DNA of 11,411 nucleotides from Candidatus Caldarchaeum sp. (GCA_038844785.1 JAWBRA010000042.1:1-11411), one strand, 5' to 3'. Shown: positions 1-8,351, counted from the first letter of the stretch. Numbers and translations: made by a program. Notes: generated from the sequence alone by a model not told the origin.

Positions 1-399
1 GAGAGTGGGTCTACGTATGGTCTGCAGTAGACGTCGATGCAGGCGAGATAATAGCTGTATACGCTTCTAGAGGTAGGTCTATGCTTAATGCATTGACTTT
101 CCTTAGGATGGTCCTAAGGGCATGCGAAGGTAAGCCGGTGGTAGTGGTGGACAGGGGTCCATGGTATCCATGGGCTCTAAAACGTCTAGGCATAGAATAC
201 TTCCATGAAACGTTTGGGGAGAGGGGCAGGATAGAGAGGTGGTTTAGGGAGCTGAAGGAGAGGACAAGGAGGTTCTACAACAACATAAACTCCAAGAAGG
301 TAAAGAGCATAGAAGAGATAGCATCAGCCATAGCCCTAATACACAACACACTACTCAACACCCAAAGGGAAGGAGGTGTAATACCTGGTTGACAGTACC
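1..399 (+). mobile_element. IS6-family insertion sequence, 3' part including the right end
   Basis: The transposase frame is open from the window edge. The element ends in GGTTGACAGTACC (387-399), whose reverse complement GGTACTGTCAACC matches the IS6-type GG(t/c)nCTGT terminus. Confidence 0.85.
3..392 (+). CDS. IS6-family DDE transposase, 5'-partial
   Basis: The frame of ORF 81..392 is open back to position 3 (EWVYVWSAVDVDAGEIIAVYASRGRS). The IS6 motifs VVDRGPWY and IERWFRELKERTRRFYN follow. Confidence 0.9.
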   Translation, partial: EWVYVWSAVDVDAGEIIAVYASRGRSMLNALTFLRMVLRACEGKPVVVVDRGPWYPWALKRLGIEYFHETFGERGRIERWFRELKERTRRFYNNINSKKVKSIEEIASAIALIHNTLLNTQREGGVIPG

Positions 400-402
400 A
401 TG

Positions 403-424
403 TAAAACTATCCTCATAGTTTTA
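403..424. promoter_or_regulatory. Perfect palindrome, putative autoregulatory operator of the toxin-antitoxin operon
   Basis: TAAAACTAT-cctc-ATAGTTTTA (9-bp arms, 4-bp spacer) ends 7 bp before the antitoxin ATG at 432. Confidence 0.6.
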
Positions 425-431
425 TAGAAAC

Positions 432-707
432 ATGGATGAGAAAACAACCAGCATCAAGATAGACCCGGAGATATGGTTGAAGGCTAAACTGCTTGCGGTT
501 AAAAGAGGGGTTACGCTCAAGTCGGTTATAGAGGACCTTCTTCTGGGAGAGAGTAAGGCTGACGAGTTCTTAGGGGAAAAAGCCAAACTGACCGCTAAGG
601 GATTGATTGAAGTTCTTGAAGAGAGAAGGGCGGCTGGCCAAACGCCTTTCATCATAATTTCCAAGAGAAGGGCTGTGGAGATTGTCAGAGAGCATAGAGG
701 CAGGTAG
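432..707 (+). CDS. Putative VapB-type antitoxin with a ribbon-helix-helix-like DNA-binding N-terminus
   Basis: A 91-aa protein whose KTTSIKIDPEIWLKAKLLAVKRGVTLKSVIEDLL segment fits a strand-helix-helix pattern. Its C-terminus AVEIVREHR is typical of archaeal VapB tails, and it overlaps a PIN-domain gene. Confidence 0.75.
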   Translation: MDEKTTSIKIDPEIWLKAKLLAVKRGVTLKSVIEDLLLGESKADEFLGEKAKLTAKGLIEVLEERRAAGQTPFIIISKRRAVEIVREHRGR

Positions 708-1211
708 CGGCCACTACGTTGACACCAGCGTGATAATAGCTCGGTATAAGCCGGACGACGAGCTTTACGAATATGCTGAGAAACTGCTGAGCCGAGATGA
801 TGTTAGATTCTATGCCTCGACCTTGACGCTTGTGGAGCTGTCAGCTGTCCTGTCTAGGCTTCTTGACGAGCTGATAATTCCGCAGGGCTATGAAAAAGAT
901 TTGAACACGCTGCTTGCGTTCATCGTTAAGGATTGCAAGCTTCACTTCACACCCCATCTTCACACGCTTTCCGTCGACTTTCACGCACGGAAGACTAGGA
1001 TGCCGCTTGAATACTATCTAGCCATAGCACATGCGGAAAAGCTAAGCTGCGGGCTCTCGACCTCCTCCACATATGCCACGCTGCAATACTTGGGAGATTT
1101 CATAACATCGCGTCATTTATAACAGGCGACGAGGAGTTGATCGCCAGGTCAGACATGATCAACACGATGTTTGGACTGGATGTAAAGCATCCGCGTGATA
1201 TTATTAGCTGA
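682..1211 (+). pseudogene. vapC: PIN-domain VapC toxin with a -1 frameshift near 1040-1046
   Basis: The first frame carries YVDTSVII and TLTLVELSAVLSR. The -1 frame from 1044 continues KLRALDLLHICHAAILGRFHNIASFITGDEEL to TGA at 1209-1211, which restores the conserved LRxLDxLH and TxD PIN motifs. Confidence 0.85.
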
Positions 1212-1407
1212 AGCTCGCCAAACTACTGCCCAAATCTCCTACGATTGAATGGACAGCTGAGGAGGAGTCTTTTCCAGACCGTCATGAAATGTGTTTAACA
1301 GTGCTTCGTAGGCTCTAAGGTCGTGCCAAGCCAAGTATGGGATTGAGGCTATTAGCCAAGCCATGAAAACCAGTGGGAACGTCTTGGCATTCATGTCATC
1401 CGCCTCC

Positions 1408-1685
1408 TGACACTGTCAAATTTGTTTTTCTTTTAGGTCTATGGCCTTAATGCATATCTTCTACTATCTGTTTGGCTGTATAAACAGGTTGTTCAGGCTC
1501 CATATTGAGAAAGTTTACGCTGCTCTACCGTTTGTCACCGGGCTGAGCCATGGGGATATGGGCTAGAGGTATTGTTTCACGAGTGTTGAGGTTTGGGTTC
1601 ATAGGCTCAGGTAATTGTTTAAGCCTGGAGGGGTTATCAGGTGTATGGCTGTGGATGAGTCCTTTAATAAGATGTTGGGCTGAAG
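1408..1685 (+). mobile_element. Degraded IS6-family remnant (left end and 5' part of the transposase)
   Basis: It begins with the IR-like GACACTGTCAA. It shares TTAGGTCT(a/t)TGGCCT, TTCAGG(c/t)TCCATA and CATAGGCT with the remnant at 5392, and encodes the fragments WVHRLR and MAVDES among stops. The right boundary is approximate. Confidence 0.6.
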
Positions 1686-1719
1686 AATCTAGCCATGGTC
1701 GGCAATAGACATTGCTGGA

Positions 1720-1823
1720 TTACGAATAAACCCTGTCGCCGAGTTTGACTGCAAGGTAGTCACCACCTTCTCATGTATAGTGACTTGGCCTTCCTCGCTG
1801 ACCGCGGAGACCCAGATGCTCAT
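1720..1823 (-). pseudogene. AbrB/MazE/SpoVT-family DNA-binding protein remnant
   Basis: ATG at 1823 gives MSIWVSAVSEEGQVTIHEKV. After a frameshift it continues DYLAVKLGDRV, matching the AbrB pattern GQVTIPxxxRxxLxxxxGDxV. Confidence 0.65.
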
Positions 1824-2019
1824 TCCGATCCAAGGTAAAGTCTTACCCACAACCCCGGATGCCGGCGGTTCTATGGTCAATAACATGAACTATCTTTTGG
1901 CGCTGTTGGTTAACAAAAACGTAGGTGTCCATGACGTAGACGGCATGTTCGTTCAAGGGCATCACGTCGCAGCATACCCTAAACATCGCCGCCCTGCCAA
2001 TCCTCTTGATCAAGCTTCA

Positions 2020-2394
2020 TCACATACCCTGTCCGATGTTGTCTTGTTGCCTATTTTTGTTGTTTGATTGTTTGACTGGTTTAAAGCCTTCAGCTTTTCT
2101 GTAAACCCGGTATGCCCTCCTCTGCCTATCTCTTATCTTTCTAAGGCTCCCAGCAAAGTGTTCTAGGGCAGGCCTGATGTGCCGGTAGTCTTTGGGCACC
2201 CAGCCCTTTTTATGGGGTTCATGGGCTACTTCAGACGGTGACCTGTAGCTGTCGAAGAAACCCTCTTCAACCAGCAGAATAATCCTTCCATAGAGTTCCC
2301 TATCAGAGATCTTGACGTAGACAGGCTCTCTCGACAGTATTACCTTCGGAACATCAACCCTAACCTCTAGGAAACCTACATTTCTGAGAAGCGT
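2020..2394 (-). pseudogene. 5'-truncated paralog of the winged-helix-like gene at 8352-8756
   Basis: A stop-free frame with no start codon at its 5' end reads TLLRNVGFLEVRVDVPKVILSREPVYVKISDRELYGRIILLVEEGFFDSYRSPSEVAHEPHKKGWVPKDYRHIRPALEH...VYRKAEGFKP. By hand count it has 61/80 identities to the intact copy over the first block. Confidence 0.9.
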
Positions 2395-2399
2395 ATAAG

Positions 2400-2660
2400 A
2401 GGGGTGGACTATGAGAGGAGTGAGGAAAGGATAAGGGATGTTGTCTATCCAGCCAGCATGTTAAGGAAGGCGGTGAGGACGTTGGTTTGGGAGAGCTTGA
2501 AGTTTAAACTCCTGTCAAAGCTTTGGATGCTGACATAGCGTATGTTGTCGATTCTGATGGAGTTTCGAAAGGAAAGTTTCGTGGGCCACGGTTATGGAGC
2601 AAGCCAACAGTTCTGTTTAAGCAGACGTTGCTAAACCATGCTGTAGGCCGGTCAAGCTGT
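2400..2660 (+). mobile_element. Possible highly degenerate IS6-like transposase 5' remnant
   Basis: The translation IRDVVYPASM...RKAVRTLVW weakly resembles IS6 N-termini, and it lies where the neighbouring pseudogene is truncated. Support is weak. Confidence 0.25.
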
Positions 2661-2667
2661 TTTCTGT

Positions 2668-4341
2668 CTACCGTTTGACGATATAGTGTTTTAGCATGTA
2701 CACCATTACGCTTGTCGTCAAAGAGCTTATGATGTTGCCAAGTGGTTGAAACTGGCCGTAAGCCACGCCAAGCAGCAGGTACCATGTTATCAAAGGCCCT
2801 AGGTATATTGTTTCACCGAACTGAGCTAGCAGAAGTATAAACGTCGAAAGGCCGGCGAGCAACAGTGAGGCTCTGAGAATCCTTCTCCTGACGTAGGGTA
2901 TCCAAGGCCATAGGACTAGGATCGGGGAGAGGAGGACAACGGTTCCAAACCTGTTGTAAAACAGCGAGGTAATGGCGGCGGCCGATAGGATGGCTATGGG
3001 AGGGAATGGTGTCGGCTGTTTTTCAAGCCGTGTTAGGAGAGCTGCAACTGCTGGCGGCGTGATGAAAAGGATGTAGGTTAACGGATTTGGCGTGTATAGA
3101 TAGGGATGCCTCGGCGGAGGCGGGTAGGTATCGTACCTCGGTATAAGACCAGCTGAAGGCGACAGAGCCACCAGCAGAAAAGACACAGCGAACGCTGCAA
3201 AATAAGCCCCCAGCTCTAGAAAACCATACGTCAGTTCTCTCCTCCTCTCCAACAGCACAACCGCATGGATTAGGATGGGTGTTGTAAGAAGGGCTGGAGC
3301 AGCATAGGTTATCCAAGCGTGTAGGAAGCTGTCTCCGACCGTTAGGTAGTCGGCGCTGTAGGGCGGGATGCTGTCGGCCTCGCCAAGGCTTTTGACAAGC
3401 GTGGCGATGTAGCGGCCGTAGATGTCGAACGAATTTATCCTCATGTTTTCCATCCTATCATCTGTGGTATGGTAGACTTGTCTGGCAAGCGTCGGCGAAT
3501 CTCCCTTGCTGGAGACCTCGACCGCCGGAATCATCTTAGCAATTACCGGGCCTTGGTCTGTGAAAGATATGTCAACCGCGCGGTAGACGTATTCCTCAAA
3601 CCCGCTCGGGTCTACAACATCTACATTGAGATGCTTGCCCACGTCTCTGCAGAGCTTTCTAAGCCAGAGGGGAGAGTAGCCGGTGAACTGTCCCATAGAC
3701 TCTAGATATATTGAAACTAGGTTGCCTACGGTCAGGTCTTCGACTACTACAACAGCTTTCAATAGCGGGCCTTCGTACCTCTCGACGAAGTGCTTGGCTC
3801 CCTGCATCCCCCACTCCTCCGAGTCAACAAACGCGAACACAACCCCGCGGTTGGTTGAGCTTTCTTTCATGGAGCGTGCTAGCTCGAGCAGAACCCCTAC
3901 ATGCCCCGCTGTGTCGCTGGCTGCTTGAAAGCTCATCGGAACCATGTCATAGTTGGCTAAAACAGCTATGGCCTCGGGTTTGTCTCCTGCAAGGACTGCG
4001 TACACGTTTCTTCCTATTCTACGCTTCTCTATCGTTACCTCAAACTCTTGGACAAACACTTGATAACCCATGCTGCTCAGCTCGCTCCGTATCCAGAGGA
4101 ATGCCTGCAACGCTCCGTCGCTGCCGGTAGGTCTGTAGGGGAAAGATGTCGCCAGCTTGTACGCATACTCATAGGCTCTCGTGGCGTTAAACCTTATCTC
4201 GGAAGCGCTAACCCGTATTTCAGGGACCACGGGCTCCGCTGCTAAATGGAGTAGAAAGAAGGCAGCCAAGCAGGCGGCGTAAACAGCTAGGAGAAGTCTA
4301 CTGTTTAGCCGCGGTAACCCCAACCCCTTCAAGCCTCCCAA
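2668..4341 (-). CDS. Membrane-bound M28-family (peptidase-like) protein: N-terminal TM anchor, M28 domain, about 7-8 C-terminal TM segments
   Basis: M28 motifs are present: RPTGSDG, GRNVYAVL, LANYD, ASDTAGHVGVLLELAR, DSEEWGMQGA, SFTDQGP and YHTTDD. The C-terminal ~200 aa are hydrophobic. The exact start codon is uncertain, and the gene overlaps the end of the upstream gene. Confidence 0.85.
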   Translation of the reverse strand: MGGLKGLGLPRLNSRLLLAVYAACLAAFFLLHLAAEPVVPEIRVSASEIRFNATRAYEYAYKLATSFPYRPTGSDGALQAFLWIRSELSSMGYQVFVQEFEVTIEKRRIGRNVYAVLAGDKPEAIAVLANYDMVPMSFQAASDTAGHVGVLLELARSMKESSTNRGVVFAFVDSEEWGMQGAKHFVERYEGPLLKAVVVVEDLTVGNLVSIYLESMGQFTGYSPLWLRKLCRDVGKHLNVDVVDPSGFEEYVYRAVDISFTDQGPVIAKMIPAVEVSSKGDSPTLARQVYHTTDDRMENMRINSFDIYGRYIATLVKSLGEADSIPPYSADYLTVGDSFLHAWITYAAPALLTTPILIHAVVLLERRRELTYGFLELGAYFAAFAVSFLLVALSPSAGLIPRYDTYPPPPRHPYLYTPNPLTYILFITPPAVAALLTRLEKQPTPFPPIAILSAAAITSLFYNRFGTVVLLSPILVLWPWIPYVRRRILRASLLLAGLSTFILLLAQFGETIYLGPLITWYLLLGVAYGQFQPLGNIISSLTTSVMVYMLKHYIVKR

Positions 4342-5380
4342 GGAACGGGGTAGGGCTGATTACGGCTTCTGGCGGGTACACGCCTTTTTCATCCAATTCT
4401 CCCTTCAGAATTAAATACGCTCCCAACGCCGCCGGCGCCGCGGTAAGCTTTCTCATCCTGCCTACCGCGCAGTAGCTCACCCTTTCAACACCTTTCTCCA
4501 CAACAACTTTAACCCCGCTGAGCTCCAGCCCACCCGCTCTGAACACGTCCTCAATCCTGTGGATGAACCTAGAGAGCCTCTCCAGTTTTTCCTTAGACGA
4601 TGTCAAACCCATTTTGACGAACATCTTCCCCAAGCTGTTCTGCCATTGCGGCACCAAACATCCTCTCACAGCAACCCTCTCCAAAACCCTGAGGTGTCTC
4701 GGGATTGTTATAGGTTCGGGATGGCCTACGTAATAGAGTTTAAGCCGCCCCACCTTAGGGAATTCAAAAAACATGTGCGAGGTCCCGGCCTTGACCATCT
4801 CTGTTCTACCGTTAAGATAGATGGGAACATCGCCGGTTATTGTGTGGAACAGATGCATTACGACAGCTAGGCCTTTGGAGTCTGCGGCTGAGCCGAACCA
4901 GCCGATGTCAACCGCGTCCACTTCACCGCCCAGCATTTCGCAACATTTCTTAGCTAAGATGTTTGAAAGCCCGGGAGTCCATCCAAGCCCTGTCACAAAC
5001 GTCACACCCTTGTCCAAAGCCTCTTGACATAAGCCGAGTATTTTCTCTGTAGCGTCATAGTCGTCGCATATGTCCACACCGTTCACGCCGGCTTTCACTA
5101 GCGCATCGGCAACCACGTAACCGAATCTGTAAAACGGCCCCACAGCGTTGACGACGACGTCGTATTTTTTCACAGCAGCCGTCAACTCTTCCCTAGACAG
5201 TACATCAACCTTGACAACACCCACCTCTGCTGCAGGCTTCAGCGACTGAGCTACGTTCTGGGCCCTTTCTTTATTGACGTCCCCTATGTCGGCTTCAACA
5301 CCAAGGCTGACGAGCTCTTCGACAACGCCGCTGCCCATATCCCCTGCACCGCCTAAAACAAGCACACGGCCGACAGCCAT
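4298..5380 (-). CDS. Saccharopine dehydrogenase-family NAD(P)-dependent oxidoreductase
   Basis: It has the Rossmann motif VLVLGGAGDMG plus DVVVNAVGPFYRFG, DICDD, GLGWTPGLSNILA and GHPEPITIP. The substrate cannot be determined from sequence. Confidence 0.9.
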   Translation of the reverse strand: MAVGRVLVLGGAGDMGSGVVEELVSLGVEADIGDVNKERAQNVAQSLKPAAEVGVVKVDVLSREELTAAVKKYDVVVNAVGPFYRFGYVVADALVKAGVNGVDICDDYDATEKILGLCQEALDKGVTFVTGLGWTPGLSNILAKKCCEMLGGEVDAVDIGWFGSAADSKGLAVVMHLFHTITGDVPIYLNGRTEMVKAGTSHMFFEFPKVGRLKLYYVGHPEPITIPRHLRVLERVAVRGCLVPQWQNSLGKMFVKMGLTSSKEKLERLSRFIHRIEDVFRAGGLELSGVKVVVEKGVERVSYCAVGRMRKLTAAPAALGAYLILKGELDEKGVYPPEAVISPTPFLGRLEGVGVTAAKQ

Positions 5381-5391
5381 CTCTCCGCTTA

Positions 5392-5765
5392 GGAGCTGTC
5401 AATTTTTTACTTAAGGCTTTCTCGGTTAGGTCTTTGGCCTAGGTTTTCCTCTTCAATTCATGCATGATGTTTAGGCTTTTCAGGTTCCATAACTGTATCC
5501 CTGCTGAGAAGGCGCATAGAGCTATATTGTTTATCGCTTGATTAAGCCTCAGAGATATATGTGGATTGGTCTCATAGGCTTCAAGCCTGAGCGTGGACAT
5601 AAGCGGCTTGTGACTGTGGATGAAACCGTTGAGAAGACCTCATGACAAACAGTCTATCTATGGTCTGCAACAGACGTTGATACTGGAGGATAGCTGTATA
5701 TGCTTATAGGGGGGAGGTTTATGATGAATGCATCGCCCTCCATGAGGAGGGTTCTAAACGTTTTA
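5392..5765 (+). mobile_element. Degraded IS6-family remnant
   Basis: It begins with the IR-like GGAGCTGTCAA and encodes RLVTVDETVEK and VYLWSATDVDTG. The DNA TATGGTCTGCAACAGACGTTGAT...ATAGCTGTATA is clearly homologous to positions 16-61. It contains stops and frameshifts. Confidence 0.8.
5408..5421 (-). promoter_or_regulatory. Candidate archaeal BRE-TATA promoter for the dehydrogenase/M28 operon
   Basis: The minus strand reads GAAAGCCTTAAGTA, and the TATA-like part ends 28 bp upstream of the ATG at 5380. Confidence 0.45.
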
Positions 5766-5899
5766 GGCCTGCTATAAAGAGTATGGAGGCATAAGCCTTA
5801 TCGAAGGGGCTGTAGTTATGGAACCTGAAAAGCCTAGACATACAGATGACCTAACATACACAAACCCATCAACACAACTCTACCTCCCTGATCGTAATG

Positions 5900-6515
5900 G
5901 TTGCACTTCCCATATGGCAATGTTCTTCTCAGACAAATCCAATGCTTCTTAAAATTGAGAGCAAAGCAGGAACCACCTATAAGTCATACATATACTATGA
6001 GGAAGGATATCCAAATGCTTGGTATGGTAAAGATACCTGACGTATTCTGGTTAAATACGATTCTAAGCAGACTTTGCCGTCATCAACGTGGATGCACTGA
6101 GAGAAGTTGTTCTAAATGAGCATCCAGACAAATCGATGCCCATCTCGACACAAGACGTATTTCCAGATACGGTATGGAACGGATCCTCCTCCGCTCTGAT
6201 AGTACAATGGCTGTGAGATTGAGGAAAAATAATATGGAGTGGTGATTGGGAGACTCATTACATCAGCTACAGGAATGGGACTATAATACACATAGATGGG
6301 ATAGAACATAAGCCATTCAGAAAGCCTGTGACCATACCTCTAGAAGCTAACGTTTCACATCCCATGCAGGCGAACAATATATTCCAAGCCTAGAAAGATT
6401 TCTGACTTTAAGACCCTTTAGCGAAGACTTTCTCCAAGGATTCAACTATGGTTACGCTTACGTAGATGGAGTAAAAGTCATAGATCTAGGTTTACTGAGG
6501 GCCGACAGCGTCTAA
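5900..6515 (+). pseudogene. Fragmented remnant of an unknown protein
   Basis: Successive protein-like stretches occur in shifting frames: MLLKIESKAGTTYKSYIYYEEGYPNAWYG, DFAVINVDALREVVLNEHPD, WETHYISYRNGTIIHIDGIEHKPF, and YIPSLERFLTLRPFSEDFLQGFNYGYAYVDGVKVIDLG, ending at TAA 6513-6515. I recognise no family. Confidence 0.35.
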
Positions 6516-6517
6516 CA

Positions 6518-6536
6518 TGCTTATTTAAACACTATC
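6518..6536 (+). repeat. Solo degenerate IS6 right inverted repeat
   Basis: TGCTTATTTAAACACTATC matches the right IR at 11257-11275 (TGCTTATCTGGACACTACC) at 15/19 positions. It is preceded by TAACA, compared with TAACCA at the intact copy. Confidence 0.6.
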
Positions 6537-6585
6537 GAATACAAATGGAAATATAGATGTTAAAGGCCGTTATACAATCAGCCAA

Positions 6586-7755
6586 CTAAGACTGTTTTAG
6601 GGTTGTTGGGTTGACGCCTAGGCGTCTACCCCTCCAGATGATGAACTCATACATCACTATGGTTATTGCTATAATTAATACAACAGCTCCGACAATCAGT
6701 GCTATGGCGGTTGGGAAGTTTATGGGAATGCCTAAAACAGTTGCGAATATGTCAAGCGTTATGATCACTGATTCATCACCCTTTTTAATGTTTTTGCTTG
6801 CTGTGAATGCTCCATAGCTGGCTTTGACGACATAATCTCCAGCCACAACTTTCTCAAACAGAACTGTTCCATCATATCCTGTAGAAGCAGTCATCATAAC
6901 CACGCCATTTTTAACCAGCTCAACTGAAGCACCTTGTATAGGCTGGCCCGCCAAACCCTTAACCAACACTCTTACATCATGTATTCCAGCAATTATTGTC
7001 GCTGATGTTTCTGATGCTGTAAACCTGACACGGCCCTCTCCAACCAAGACATCCTGTTTGTAGACAGCTATACTGTATTCATGCTCAAGCGGCACCTGCC
7101 TCACAACAACTGTTCCATCAGGACCTGTTCGTCCAAAAACCTGCCCGGCGAATACAACCTCAGCCATTTGAACTGGCCTACCCATAAAGTCAACAACACT
7201 TAAAACCACATCGTCTACGGGCAGGGTTATAACGCCTCTCCTAAGAAGTGTTGACGGAGTTTCTCTGAGGATGGATTGGGCTACCGTGCCGTATGGGCTT
7301 TTCCACGTAACTATAAACTCATAAATGATCCCTTCAGGCATTCTGAGAAAGGTAAACGTCCCCTCAGGGCTTGACCTGTTGTCTCCCTTTCTAAGCAGGA
7401 ACGGTGATATGTTTATCTTCGAGCCTGGAAGCTGTCTTCTATTCATATCTGTGACCATTATAGAAACATCACTCAATGCTAGTCTCATCTCCCCAGCGAC
7501 GTTTCCCTCGCTCACGTCAAAAACCATCAACCCAACCTGAACGCCGTTTAAATCTGGCCAGTAAGCCTTGACGTTGTAAACCCCTCTAACCAACCTGGAC
7601 ATATTCAGCACAAAACCCCTACCAACAACTGGCGAAAGAGCATCCACAGCCGGCGGAGGATCCACTACATAGTATGGGTCTACAGGTACGTACTGTTCAC
7701 CATAAACGAATACGATGATGAGGGGGACAATGAAAAACAGCGTTTTCGACCTCAA
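6586..7755 (-). CDS. Cell-surface protein with a signal peptide, tandem carboxypeptidase-regulatory-like beta-sandwich domains and a C-terminal TM anchor
   Basis: The N-terminus MRSKTLFFIVPLIIVFVYG looks like a signal peptide. Repeats read V.D..GRPVQMAEV...TGPDGTV and VKGLAGQPIQGASV...TGYDGTVLF...GDYVVKASY. A hydrophobic helix is followed by the basic tail WRGRR. Confidence 0.8.
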   Translation of the reverse strand: MRSKTLFFIVPLIIVFVYGEQYVPVDPYYVVDPPPAVDALSPVVGRGFVLNMSRLVRGVYNVKAYWPDLNGVQVGLMVFDVSEGNVAGEMRLALSDVSIMVTDMNRRQLPGSKINISPFLLRKGDNRSSPEGTFTFLRMPEGIIYEFIVTWKSPYGTVAQSILRETPSTLLRRGVITLPVDDVVLSVVDFMGRPVQMAEVVFAGQVFGRTGPDGTVVVRQVPLEHEYSIAVYKQDVLVGEGRVRFTASETSATIIAGIHDVRVLVKGLAGQPIQGASVELVKNGVVMMTASTGYDGTVLFEKVVAGDYVVKASYGAFTASKNIKKGDESVIITLDIFATVLGIPINFPTAIALIVGAVVLIIAITIVMYEFIIWRGRRLGVNPTTLKQS

Positions 7756-8351
7756 CGCCTACATTACAAGTTCCACCGTCCAACATATATTTTTATAGCA
7801 TGATCGATTGGTACAGTCAACTTAATCTTTTTTGGCTAAGCCTATGGCGTGGTTGTTCTTCTCTGTTTGTGTGTGTTTTGACCTTCTTGTTGATTATTTC
7901 TGTAAACTGTTTTTGTTTTTTGGAAAAGCCTATGTTGTTTACATCTGGTTTTAGATGCGAAAAGAGAAGAACAAATCAGAAGGTAACGGAAAGATGGTGA
8001 CGTAAGCACGTGGGGTAGCATTAACTCGTTTTGAAGTGCTATATAATATTGTCTGGTAAACATCGAAAATACGCCAATGGCGGCTATGCGGTTTCAGAAT
8101 ATTTGGCTTTAATAACATTTTGTATATTGTCTGATGGTTGCTGATGCTTTGTGAGAGGCATGGCATTCATCCAAATATGCCCTACATCTCCTACAAATCC
8201 GAAGAATTAAAGCTTCAAACAGAAAAAATGAGGAAAAAGTCAGTAAATATCCGATAGGTGGTGGGTTAAATAAGCTGTGGACGTCTGAATTTCAAACCTA
8301 GGCGGCTGGATCAACTGAAAACATATCTTTCCGTATTGTATGTTATGGTCT

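Noticed and set aside
1780-2067. A 95-aa ORF on the + strand
   Set aside because: It is antisense to the AbrB remnant and the tail of the wHTH pseudogene, and it has no recognisable features.
3023-5027. Several 65-139 aa ORFs antisense or out of frame within the M28 and dehydrogenase genes
   Set aside because: They are shadow ORFs fully overlapping well-supported genes and have no recognisable motifs.
6112-6309. A 65-aa Tyr-rich ORF on the minus strand
   Set aside because: It is more likely the antisense shadow of the fragmented plus-strand remnant and has no independent support.
7800-8166. Short ORFs of 66-73 aa on both strands in the intergenic region
   Set aside because: Their composition reflects low-complexity T-rich DNA, they overlap each other, and they lack motif or RBS support.
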